Positions 36,835-49,222 of a stretch of 64,000 nt of DNA are shown here, in pieces. The stretch is from Somniosus microcephalus. Taxonomy: Eukaryota. Below the pieces are notes generated by a model that searched no databases, had not been told where the DNA came from, and was given only the letters and a program-made list of their open reading frames with translations. Both the position numbers and the translations under genes were made by a program. The DNA lies in contig CM126216.1 of assembly GCA_052327205.1 (NCBI GenBank), positions 87,916,001-87,980,000 on the forward strand, given 5' to 3'. The first letter of the stretch is position 1. Each line of letters begins with the position of its first letter.

Positions 36835-37280
36835 AGTTGACCAATCCTACCTCTCATTAGCGTTGAATGACATGCTGCTTGACCAATCCTACAGTTCACT
36901 CACCTGATGGTTGACCAATCAGTGCGTCACGGGCGGGTCCTAATCCTCCAGTCTCCCTAAACTTCGCCGCCATTTTTTCCATCCCCACAGGGATAGCAGC
37001 AGCAAAAGAAACCCCCACATTGCAGCTCCCGATCCCGCCCCGCCGGAGCGGCAGGTAAGTTGGGCTCACTCGGACCGTGCCTCGCAACCGCTGGGCCCGA
37101 CACACACAGCGGTCGGGGGAGCGGCAGCGGCCGGCCGACCTCGGCCCTGAAGCACTAGGCCCCACACGGCCGCTATCACAACGGCACCTGGCCTCAGGTG
37201 CGAGGAAGGGAGAGGGGGGACAGACAGGCAGGGAGACTGCGCAGCCCAAAATTGCCCTGGCAACGCCGGGCACCCCCAGC
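36835..37280 (+). promoter_or_regulatory. CpG-island promoter with 3 CCAAT boxes, GC box, YY1-type site and non-coding first exon (~36960-37054) of an unidentified gene
   Basis: TTGACCAATC with CCAAT at 36841, 36883 and 36915; GGGCGGG at 36931; CGCCATTTT at ~36968; perfect donor CAG|GTAAGT at 37054/37055; CpG-rich to ~37280; no ATG in the exon. Confidence 0.8.
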
Positions 37281-37779
37281 TAGTTTTATATAAAAAGTGG
37301 GCACAATAGCTCACTTGTCACACCTCTTGGCTTGTGGCAGAATGATTTAATCCTTTATAAATTTTATTTGTACTGAGAATAGCATTATCTTTACGGTACA
37401 ATTCAAACAATGCGTTTTTACTGCCTTTCCAAGTGTAAAATTTATCATGAGGACAGAACCCTCTGTTCACAGGAGGCTCATCATTTAAGTATGGATCCGT
37501 ATTTAATCTATTGCAGCTCTTAGTGACTTGTCAGAACTGATTGCATCCATTCAACACAGTATCGATAGTAACATTTCTTTGTGGATGTTAAAGGTGCAGC
37601 GGGCTTTCAGATAATCTTAAGCACCCGATAATGTGACCACGTTCGTTGCACGAAAGCTGTGCAAACACGGTATTAGGTAACATGTCAAATTCGTTACAGG
37701 ATGAGAGAAATATTGTTTTAGAATGTTGTGGGAAAATGTGTGCTGATATAAAGGAAGGATCAGTGGTAGCACCACATCA

Positions 37780-38285
37780 CTGTACTTTAATAGAGGAAGG
37801 GCAGCGAGGAGGAACTAGAGTAATTGCTCAGCTCAGATCTGTGAGCTATAAAGATAGACTGAAGGAGATTGAGATACTCTCCTTAGAAGGTTAAAGAGGG
37901 AATGTGAAACAAGTATTTAAATTATTGTGAGAAATTGATATAAATAGAAATAAGTAAGTTCTTCATACTTACTGGTTTTAAAACAAAGAACAGGCGGGCA
38001 TGATTTGAAAGGTCAAATAAGGTCATTGTCATTTTCTTGTCTGATAAATAATAGTTTTATTTGTCTGGAATAAACTGGCCGCTAATATATTATAATCTGA
38101 TAATGGTAGGCTCATTTCAGAGTAAGTTGCAAGAGTAACATTTGTGTGGGGGCAAAGAATGTTATATATATCAATGATGAAGAAAAATAAATTGAGGGAT
38201 AGAAATTGTTTTTTGAAAGTGAAATGGTAGAGGATGGAATTGTAGGTAGTCTTCATTATAGTGGGACAGTGTTAAGCGGCCAAAT
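37780..38285 (+). mobile_element. Ancient CR1/L3 3' remnant
   Basis: Remnants of QR..TR.I..L..SY.DRL and RG...V.K, with many stops. Confidence 0.55.
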
Positions 38286-41200
38286 GAACAATTCATGTTT
38301 CTTGTTCACTTCTTCCATTTATAAACGCTATAGTATTTACAATGAAATCTATAAGATTTTATGAGATGAGACACATTATACTGCATATTTTATTTGGGAA
38401 ACACCTGATCCCATTTCTTGATTCATTGCCCACGTCTCTGCAATTATATCCTGCCTTTCCTTTGCAAGTCCCAACTGTGAAACTTTCAGTTAAATTTAAT
38501 GCAATTTGTGCTTAATTTTCAGAATGCAGAATTTAGAGAGTAAAATTAGATTTGCCACTATTGTAATTTACCTCCTACTCCTTCCACCACTTCCTGGTGA
38601 TGTAATGGTACCATACGAACAGCTATTCCTTTTGCCTCAAGCAAAGATTTCTGCTAGAATTCAGATCAGACATAGAGTGAATCAGGATGGAACGAACTGT
38701 ATTCACAAATAATGCGAAACAGGGATCATAACATTCTGTCAATCTGTCTACAGTGTTTGCAATCCCGTTACTGAAATGTGTCAGGATGAATGTGTTATCA
38801 CAGAAATTAATCAGCATTGTTTCTTGTAAATAAAAGGCAGACCATGGTAAGATATCAACTTGACTCAACTAAAAATATATACGTACTCAGTCTAATTAGT
38901 TTATCAGTCATTAGATTTGCTTTAGACTTTGACACAAGGCGTAGTGTACAATTTCCAAAAAATCTGCAGCTAATCTTCTAATAATGGTGTCTGAAATAGT
39001 CAAGTCTTCATCCATCCAAATAGTAAAATGTCTTTTCAGGTCCAGGTTTTGCTTTTTGAATGTTCAACTTCTGCAGAAATTAAATAAAACATTTGAATAA
39101 AGTTTTTTTTTACAGACTCAACCAAAATGTGTTGTTTGCTGTGGGTGGCAGCGCTGCTGGCAAGTTAGTCACACAGTCATTGCCAAAAGGTTCTGTCACT
39201 ATATGCACTGTTTCTTTGTGTTAAGAGCATATATTTGATTGGAAGTCGCTGTTTGAATTTCAAAAGCTGGCATTCACGACATCTCTAAATATGACATGTC
39301 TGCAATTGCTCAATATGATAGGTCTGAGTATTTATTTTTCCTCGTAGTTTACTCTTTGTGAGCACTGGTAGCCTCATTCTTACCTGAAAATAGGGAAGAG
39401 CTGCTGGAACTAATGAGATGTATTGAATTGTTGTGAACATGATGAACACCCCCTCAGCTATGCTCAGTGGGTAGCTGACAACTCATTAATGAAAAGCCCT
39501 ATGATAGCATTGGCAATTTGTGCTCAGTGACGAGGCCAAAGCTAGAGTATTTGGAGAGCTTTTCTGTACCCAGTGGAACAGATTGCTTTGTCAATACACA
39601 CAGTGTCCAATTTAAAGGGCAATAAATGGATGGAAATTTTATGGACAGTCCAACCTACTTGCCAATCTTATGTTACACCCTTATTATTAACCTAAGGATG
39701 GAAATGATTGTGAGTGATGTTATTGTACAAATGCTTAAGAGTGCTCTACTGAAGTCTTCTTACTGCTATTTTATTGGAGGCATTAATTCATTCACAATAA
39801 ACAAATTAAATAGCTGAGGGAAGAATTTTGTACTATAACATCGGCCACAGTAATTTTGTCTCTTAGCAACAGTATTGCTTTTTTTTTTAAGTCACCTGAA
39901 AAAAAATCAAAGAAGTATACCAGACAAAAATTCTGCCTTCATCGAAACTATAAAACAATTATTGTTCAGAGAGTTGGCACTTTTCAACAAAAATTGCATC
40001 CTTTGTCAGCAATTGCTTTGATCAGGAACTCATCTTTGCACTATCACACAATGTACAAAATTTGGGACATTAAGTAGCCAGTGAATTGGGGGAAAGCATT
40101 ACGTGGAGCAATTAGCTCGTATTCAGGACTTTCCATTGTAGCTATTTGCAGAAGAAATGGAATGCTGTGCTGTGAAATGACTTAATGAAACGATGCTGAA
40201 AGCTTCTTGAGTCTCTTAATAGCATCAACGACATCCTCCCAGATGTAACCAATATCAAGTTAGATCTTGTAGTTTGAACAGAAATAAACCAACAATGAAC
40301 TCATTTGGAACTGAATTATCATGCAGTGTGACCCAATGCTAGGTCATCACTGAAAAGTGTACTAGCTCTGTGGTGAGTTATCCATCCCAGCTGGGATGTT
40401 GAGAGTAGATGCTTGGTACAACCCAGAGAGAGAAGGGAGAATCCAAGCACACTTAGCTCCCACTTTCATGCATCTCCGAGCAACCAATTGCAAAGCAGTA
40501 TGGCTGATGTCTGGGAGAAGGTTGTCTGCTGTTTTGCTCTCTGTTATGCATTGGTAAGTCATTTAGATTTCACTTCAAAAGGGTGGTTTCACTACTGGGG
40601 AGGAGGGTGGAGGAGCCGTACAATATCGTAAGCATTTTTGTGCTGAAAGCAGCACTTGTGTCAGCTGGAGTTTTGCACAATCAGTTGTGATTTTTGTACC
40701 TGAAGTTATACTTGTAATTCTGAATAGGTCGGTTTTGTTTCTATTTTTGCATCAAAGGTCTTCTCTGCCTTCTGATTGCTGACTCGACTCAAACCTGACC
40801 TAATAGCACGGTGCATTTAAGCTGCTCTAGTCCACATTCTTGAAATGCACAATGTTACTTCACTGACCCAAAGCTCTATTTTTAGACAAACCCAAATGCC
40901 CCTCCTTTAGCTGGTTGGCCCTAAACATTAGGTGAACCATGAGGTTGTTTGACATTGTTTTGACACTTGGACACGTGGCTAGCATGACAAACATTCCACT
41001 GAGGTAATGGGAATGCTTTGGTTTGATTTGCTCACTTGCCTTGAATTTATCCAGCAGATTCAACGAGCAGAGGAGGAACATCGAAGAACTAGATTTGGAG
41101 AGCTTAGGAGTAAGGGTGGAAGACAGATTTGCATACATTTAGAGGAGCGTGGTTAAAAGACAGCATTAAACAGTTACTTACAAAAATGTCACCATGTGTG

Positions 41201-43153
41201 TAAAAAAAAATACCAAATTTTGCAAATTACACGGCTCTTAAGGAATGTGCTATAATCAAGCTGGTTTGCATTTTTCTTGACAATATTTCCCCCAAAGCCT
41301 GTTTTACATTTGCTGCAAAAATTACTTTGTCAGTAAAGTGAGTTTTTGTCAATCCACAACCTCTATCCTTACATATGTTGTGAGTAGGATATTGTGCCAC
41401 AACACACTATTAACCCGTAGTTATGATGTATAATGCAGTGGATATTATATAGATGCCCACTATGTTCTCCTGTCTTCTCTGGAAGATGGTAAATGCTACA
41501 CTGTCAGACAAGATTTATTTACTGGTATAAGAAAAATATAAAGTTAGTCAAGCTAAAAGGAGCTTACCAGCCCCCCTCCCATCTAAAGAATATATTTCTT
41601 GTGCTGTTTAATAAATATCAGGAGTTTTGGAAGACAGTTTATTTATAGACCTTCACAATGCTTGAGGTACATGGATGGTGCAACTAGTCCATGGTGTTCA
41701 GATCACCAGCCAGAACTAAAGCTAACTTGTTGGAGCTGCATCATAAGAATCATTTCATGTTATATCTATGCCTTTGAAGTCAGCTCCCACACCTTGCAAG
41801 GTGGGTTGATAATGTCGAGATAGAAATCTCTTCCTGCAAACATCATGTTTTAATGATTCAGCAATCAGAAGGAACTGATTTTGTCTATTCCAAAGTCTGA
41901 TAATAATCCATATACATTAACATTAAATTAGCCAAATCTAGTCATTGAGAAACTTTTGACTTAATTAATTTCAGATCAAAATGTTTACCCAAACAAGAAA
42001 AGCCATCCAGGATGGTCATGTCCCATCTCTATGGTCTGACCACAATTGCCGCAGAACCAATGGACTTTGCAACTCGTTGAAACCTGTTTTTAAATATGTC
42101 CGTCTAAAGACATATAAATATAATTTTCCATTTTGTCACAGGTTCCTTGGTATGCCTATTCCAATGTATGACAGTGTTGATGCTGCAATGCGAGGTCCCT
42201 CCAATTGGGGCTAGAAAATAGTGATATGGGAACCACATTGTCAATCTTTGCAACCACAGCCAAACTCCCTGGGCCTCCTCTCTAAGAAATGTTTTTTTGT
42301 TTGTCTTCTCTCTCAGACATACGTGTTTGTTGAATGTTGTTTTCCTCTTGCGTAATTGGACACAGCGGCACACACACCATTCTCTGGCATCTGTCAGAGT
42401 TGCTCTTTAACCAGTTGGGGGCTGCACCAAAGTGACCTGGGGTAACTAGCTTTCCAATGTTTTCTATTTCTCTTTCTGGTACCTTCTCCTGACAACCAGT
42501 CTGAGGACAGAGACCCAACAAGGTTTATGAACCCATGTACGTATGTGGAAATGTGACAGATAGAAGGTGTTTGGGGCCTAGTGACAGGAGTTGACTCTGT
42601 GGGGATTCATTGGCATAACCTTGTGTCTTCACACTCTGAGTGAATTGTATTAATATGTGCCTCTGAGCTAACTGAAAAAATGAAAGTACGTTCATCGCTT
42701 AACATTCAAGCGGTACAGTTTTCAGGAAATTATGTTGCTTAAGATAGGAAGTTAAAATTGGATAGCACAAATTTGTGTAAGGTTTCAGCAAATTATAATA
42801 AATCCTGTATCCATTGGCATGATTTGATCAGTATGTACCTGAAGGGCAAACTGTACTAAGTTATAAATGTAAACAGAAACCTTGTAGTCCTTATTACCTA
42901 AAGAACAAAAGCTTATATACTTCTAGTAGATACAATGCAGCTATAGCTGAATGTGTTCTGCTTAGAGAACTACAGTATTAACATTTTAGAATTATTTCCA
43001 GAGAGAGGAATATCCATATATGTAATAAAGTTTTTAAAATAATACACAAAAGATATTCTGAATATAGCACAGAATGACAGCTCTATAAACTGTCTACATG
43101 TTGCTGCTAAGAAAGTTGTTTCAATAAAAGTGTCTGACCTGGAATAGCTACTA

Positions 43154-43502
43154 CAGGTGCATTATCCCTTATCCTTGGGACCAGATGTTTTTCGGAATTC
43201 TGAATTTTTCAGATTTCAGAATGGTATTCAGAATCAGTATGTAACACCCTAGCAGGGGTCTGGGCAGCACCCCGTAAGCAAACACATTAATATTTCTGCA
43301 GCGAACCTTATGAATATTCACACTGAGTGGGATAAATAAAGACTATAAATAGTATTACAGTTTATTTGTACAGTAATAATTTGGTAAATTAAATAGTGGG
43401 ATAAATATAGACCATAAATACTCTAGTTACGCACCATGAAAAAACTTTCGGTTTTCAGAGGTTTTCGGTTTTCGGAAGTGCGGATAAGGGATAGTCTACC
43501 TG
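43154..43502. mobile_element. Tigger/pogo (TcMar) MITE, MER46C-like
   Basis: TA-CAGGTGCATTATCCCTTATCC ... GGATAAGGGGATAGTCTACCTG-TA; subterminal TTTTCGGA-like repeats. Confidence 0.88.
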
Positions 43503-43713
43503 TATAGAAGAATCTCTCCCATATGTCAGTCTTTCCACACACACTGCTATGATGATTCCCATATGGGACTCCCTGTAGTATCTAACCTAACATTGCACTG
43601 GAGTTTGTACTTAATCCCTACCCTTCAGCAGCCCATTGTTTCAACAAGTTCTTCTTATGTCGTTAACCATTAAAAACTGCAGTAACACAACAGCATGACA
43701 AAACAATTATAAT

Positions 43714-45447
43714 GGTCGGGATTTTGCTCACCTCGGTGAGTCCGTGGCGGGCGACGTCAGTGGTGGGTTCTGGTCCCACTGCTGGCTGCAGCCCGCTCTG
43801 TAAAATGAATTTCCTTTGATGGGGCTTGTTAAGCCTGCCCAGCACGTTTCCCAGCCAATTAGAGGACACAGGTCTGGTGACGCATCATCAGCCGGTTTCC
43901 TTAAAGGGACCCTATCTAAATTTATTTTGACATTTGTGCTGTCAGTGTTCTACAGCATTGAGGTGCTGCAAACACTGACAGTGATGGCACAAAGGCACAG
44001 GGCTGCACTCATGCTCTCCCATGACTCCCTCCATATATACAGCACACAGGGTGGTCCTCTTCCCATGAGTGGAAGAGACCTCCCTAGGAGATCAACACTG
44101 CTTGGTTGCACATTGCAGAGGAGGAATGTGGTCAGGAGAACCTGGGTGCAGTGCCGCAAATGTTTCAATGATCTCAGTAGATCACGAAACGTTAGTACAA
44201 AGCCACACTCAACCTCAACCTCATCCTTCTGTGCCTCTCATCACCGCCATCACTTGCCTTCCCTACCCTACTCCTGCACATCCTTACTCACACCAACATA
44301 CCTTGCGCCTCCACCCATCCCTCTCTATCTATATTATCACATCCCCATCTCACTAGACACCTCTCACACTCACCCTCATCCTAGTGCAATCATACCAACT
44401 AACAACACACAAGGGTAGGCACTTGGGTGTTTTATGCTATGTTCAGGTAAAGTTTCTGTTAATGTGGTGTCAAACATTGAAACCTTTATTTTCAACACTT
44501 TGCATTCTTGGACAGATTTGTGTGAACCTTTAGAAGTGGCTTAGTGAGTTGCAGTGAATGGTGAGACATAACGGTACCCCCCGCAATGGTGATGAGTGTG
44601 AAAGGAATGGCTTGTGCATTGTAGGGATGCTTTATGGTGTTGATGTGGGGTGGTGCCAAACTGGCGCACCATGTGGCAGCCAGGGTGTGCAGCGTCAAGT
44701 GAAGTAAATGTGGCCATGATGAGGCCATCCCTGGCCCCCCGGGCAGCAATGTGGTCAGGTGCTAATGCCCTCTGTCCTGTGCAGCATCAGGTAATTGCGG
44801 AGAAGGTTGGTGTTGTTGGTGCTGCTGGTGTGCCTGATGCTGCTGGTGTTGGGGCTGATCGTGGTGGGATTCTGAGGACCAAGGTGAGAGAGTATAAAGG
44901 GCACCCATATTGATGGAATAGATGGCAGATGAAGTAGAGATGACCGAAGCGATCTGTCAATGGTGAGAGAGGTATGAGGTCAGACTGGATGAAGACTTGT
45001 GTAAAGACTTGCAGCATGGTGAATCTGTTGTGGAAATGCAGTGAGGAACAGCTTGTGGCTGAGGGAAGATATCTCTGTAAGGTGGGAGCTTTTACTGTAC
45101 ATTTTAAGCTGTCAACTCAACAGCTGATTCAATGGCCACTGAACTCCCACCTCAGCTTGACAGACATGGTCCACGACCAGCGTGGACCTCGTGGGTTGTC
45201 AAATGCAAAAGGTGAGCTGAAAATCATTCTTAAGTGGCTCTAAACATGCCACAAATCGGCTGAATTGGGTCCCCCCTGTGAACCCGCCGCTGCGTGTTGG
45301 GTCTGCTCAGTGCTGACAGACCCGACGTTGAGAGAGGCACGTGGCAATGGGTTCGCAGCAGGGTCCCTACCCACTGTGGAAAAAATACTACTTTCTCAGC
45401 TGACCCGCCACCGGTCGCGCCCGCTGACCCCCCGCAAAATTCCGGCC
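43714..45447. mobile_element. Internally deleted, degraded Harbinger element
   Basis: TIR GGTCGGGATTTTGC / GCAAAATTCCGGCC; TSD AAT; Myb remnant RRTWVQCRKCFNDL at ~44135-44180 (+), followed by an intron-like segment as in the full copies. Confidence 0.85.
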
Positions 45448-45759
45448 AATGTTTCTATTCAAACAGCTCTTGAAAAATACACTTTGGTTGTATGCACTTC
45501 TGTCATTAGCATTAGTTAAAATTATATTGTGAAATTTTCTATGTTGTATCTTCAGATTACCACTAAATTTAATAGCTGTAATTAGCATTCAATATTATGA
45601 GATTATATATCCTTGTTCTTTAGCGCAAATATATGAGATTTTAACAAGAAATTGACTTAAGGTACATAGTAAAAATTAAATAAAAAAGTTTAAAGCAAAG
45701 AATCTAATCATATTTGTGTCACATAAAAAAAAATGTATTTTTGTTGCTCTTTTTATTCC

Positions 45760-46115
45760 ACCTGAAGCTATGACCTTTGTTGGGGTATGGTCCCACAGGT
45801 GCTGGGGCATTGTTCAAGTGGCTATTTTTCATCGAGATCATATTGGCAGGCTGTTCCTTTGACTACAGCACCTGGTTCTGTCTTCACTCAATATTCCGAT
45901 GTGCTCTCAGCAGCAAGGTTTTCAGAATAGTAATTAGGAGTGGGAACCGTGTGTGATTTTTCTTTCCTCTAGCCCGGGGCAGAGGCCACTGGTAGCACTC
46001 CTATTGCTGTCTCAACTGAGATGTAACTAACTTGACACAGATCATGGCTCTGGACATGACAGGGATCAAACCTAAGACTTTCCACACCACATGGCACATT
46101 TACCCACTGGGTGAG
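45760..46115 (-). mobile_element. SINE-like family A copy
   Basis: Reverse-strand tRNA-like head (gggatcaaacct..tttacccactg) and blocks shared with 14465-14880. Confidence 0.55.
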
Positions 46116-46123
46116 CTCATTAT

Positions 46124-46270
46124 GGCTGGGAATTTCCTTGGAGCTGTTGCTGCTCCACTGCCATAACTTTGCCGGAAGTGCCCTGTTTACGCGTGTAGAC
46201 TGGGTTTGCACCGCACTTCCGGTGAAGTTACAGCAGTGGATCAGGAGCAGCTCCAAGGAAATTTCCAGCC
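46124..46270. mobile_element. Palindromic Harbinger-type MITE (~147 bp)
   Basis: GGCTGGGAATTTCCTTGGAGCTG..GCCGGAAGTGC / GCACTTCCGGT..CAGCTCCAAGGAAATTTCCAGCC; no clean TSD. Confidence 0.7.
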
Positions 46271-47468
46271 CAGGTACTTTAAAAAAAAGTGTACGACAAA
46301 ATTTGTGTCCCCGTCCAATGACCATATGAGCAGCCCAGAGAAACATTTAAAAAAAAGCAATGCCTATTTGTGTGTTTCCATCTTTTTAAAAGAAAAACTC
46401 CAGAAATAAAAGTGTACTCTGGGGATCCATGTATTCAGGAGGTCGGGGGTTAAATTGTATCCTCAAGTTTACTTTATTACATGAGAACAGTGGGGTAAGT
46501 TGCATGCGTTACTTTTTGTGTTATTTCATGTTCTACCAAATACAGCAAGTTCAGGGGATTAAGAGATATGCCGTCAGTTGCAAATCTGCATAATTTGCTG
46601 TTTGATTTTACGCTGCTCCGTTGTTTGCTTCGCACAAGTGGCATCCCCCCACCCCCTTAGCCTCCCTGATATTTTTAAGAATTTGCTGGATTTGCCCATT
46701 AATTCCGCATTAAACTCGCCACAGAAGGAGATTCACTGTTGGCCCTGCCATTAACTAAGGTCCCAGATGCCCCATTGCCCTCTCCAACATCGTTATCAGC
46801 TCGCACTTCCAGCAAGTTACAGCACAAAAAATATTTGAGCTGAAGGGTGCAGGAAAAAGTCTAATGGGGCATTTTATAATTACTACAGTACATGATGCCC
46901 CACTCCAGTGAGATCTGGCCCATTTTATTTCTGGACTTCAAAGTGACTGTTGGAATATAGTGACATTGTTCATGTGAGTCCAAACAAAGAATACTTCTCG
47001 TGGGGATATCATGAAATGTGGTTTACATTCTCATTGGTAAACGTGACTTCACTCTTGGGATTACAAGTAGATTTATGGTCTTTGAGGATCACCTAATTTG
47101 TGAGTGAGACACTTGTCATAGGGGTCAGGCTGGTTAATGTCTGCACAATTAGAAACTCCTTTCCTCTCAGAGCTCCTTTCACACAGAATCCTACTGGGAT
47201 GCTTACAGTATAACACATCTAATGATCCCATTGCTATTGATTAACCTTTGTACCTTTTTCTGGTTAAGGATGCAATCAAGGCGGGTTAGAAAACTATATT
47301 AAAGGTACTGTAATTCTTTCCAACATTTTTGCCAGTGTACTATGTAAGGTTTCTCGGAAGAAAGAGTAATTATACATGCTGTAAGCTGAGTCAGTTATCA
47401 CTTATAGCACACTACCGATATGGTGCTTAATTGGAAGGTTTTTTTTAAGTCATATTTCCTGTATTGAT

Positions 47469-47702
47469 AATAACAACAGAAAATGCTGGAAAAGCTCAGC
47501 AGGCCAGGCAACATCCGTGGAGAGAGAAATAGAGTCAACGTTTCAGGTCGAAACCCTTCTACAGACAGAAGGGTTCTGTAGAAGGGTTTCGACCCGAAAC
47601 GTTGACTCTATTTCTCTCTCCACGGATGTTGCCTGGCCTGCTGAGTTTTTCCAGCATTTTCTGTTGTTATTTCGGATTTCCAGCATCTGCAGTATTTTGC
47701 TA
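47469..47702. mobile_element. Penelope-type inverted pseudo-LTR hairpin (~97-bp arms)
   Basis: Arms 47469-47565 and 47575-47671; motif gaagggtttcgacccgaaacgttgactct. Confidence 0.8.
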
Positions 47703-47889
47703 TCGTTTCCTGTATTGGTGTCAGGCTGGAGAAACAGTTCTTCCTGGGGCCTAAATCTCAGCTTCAAACAGAGAACGTCTGAAATCGGCTCTTCCTTCCT
47801 TCTGAAGTATTTCTTTTTGATTACATCTTTCACCCGCTCTTATCACACTTATTCTTTCATTCCCCCTCCCGTGTTTTCTCTACTCCTCA

Positions 47890-48280
47890 CTTGAAGATGC
47901 TGACCAATTCTGGGGTACATCTCCATGGACACTGGCAGTCCTCCAATGTCTTGCCCAAGTGGCCATTCTTCATGCGCGAGTCTAGATGGGGAATGTCAGC
48001 AGGCTGTTCAGTGATGCGGAAATACCACAGTTGAGGCCAAACATGTCCTCGCCTAACATCCACACGTACATAATATCCAACAGAGGTCAGTCCAGCAATC
48101 CGAGGTGGAAGTCCTGGCTAATTTCCCTGCTTTTTACCTCTGGGGAATGAATGCCTCTTGCAGTGAACCATCACTGCCCAGCGAGTGCAGCTAGCAAGGC
48201 CAGGCAACAAACAACGTTAGACTCCTCCGATCTGCGTAGTTCCATTTCACACGGTGCGATTCATTTCTTGAGCGAACCTT
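47890..48280 (-). mobile_element. SINE-like family A copy
   Basis: cttgcccaagtggccattcttcatg..ctaga..tgtcagcaggctgttc shared with the other copies. Confidence 0.55.
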
Positions 48281-48944
48281 TGGAGATCCTTAAGTACAGG
48301 ACAGTTTGTGGGATTGAGCATGCCTAGTAAATAGAAATACACATTGATCCACTTAAATCATCCATAGGTTGCTCTACTCAAAGGAAAAAATAACACTTAT
48401 TAGTTTTGAGAATGGATAAAACATACTTGAGAACTGATTATCCTACATCAGAGGGTTTCACAGAAGTGGATCCAAATTATAGTTTGAAAATATATACTGT
48501 TGGCCCGGATTTTGCGGTCAGCAGTAAAGTGACGGTGCTCGCCACTGACCTCAAAGAAAGCTGCCCACAAAGATCTAGCAATTGCTGTGGCTTCGATTTC
48601 ACCCTTCCTGACATTAATTTCATTCCAGCGGCATGTATAGGGGATCTCCAGCGTCCAGAAACAGTTGTCATCAAGCAGGCTGAGCAGCCAATGACATTGA
48701 AGAATTCTCACAGACCGCAAACCAGGAAGTAAAAAGCACCGATTATCCTTCACTTTTTAATAATTTTACAGAGAGCGAAATAAAGATTGGGGCATACACA
48801 TGGAATTATGGTAGAAACTGAAATATAAAAAAACTTTAGAAAAAATTAATTTGACTAATTTAAAAAATCTATTGGAATTTGTATCATAATGGAAAATTTG
48901 ACATTCCACAAATATAAAATTAGTTTTCAGGGCCAGAAAGGGGG

Positions 48945-49179
48945 TGATGCGCCATCAATTACTCAAAAGACTGAGGTTGAGCGAGTAACAATCAGGCTTT
49001 TATTAACTAAAGAGTGAAGGTCTTGTCTCGAGTGGTCGACCCGTCCAGAATACTAAGGGACTGGGAGGTAGTCACTTATATACCTGGAATAGTGGGAGGA
49101 GTCAGCCGAGGCATGCCCAGACCTGTACCTAGTGGAATACACATACAGACACAGACAGGTATAACAGTGGTTTACCACA
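48945..49179 (-). repeat. 3' LTR (235 bp)
   Basis: TG..CA ends adjacent to the PPT; TATATAA and AATAAA on the minus strand. Confidence 0.88.
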
Positions 49180-49222
49180 TTCACCCCTTGTTTAAAAATG
49201 AGTCCGGCAGGGTGAAGTGTAT

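Noticed and set aside
40500-40559. Possible coding exon MADVWEKVVCCFALCYAL followed by GTAAGT
   Set aside because: No convincing acceptor, no recognisable homology and no downstream partner exon.
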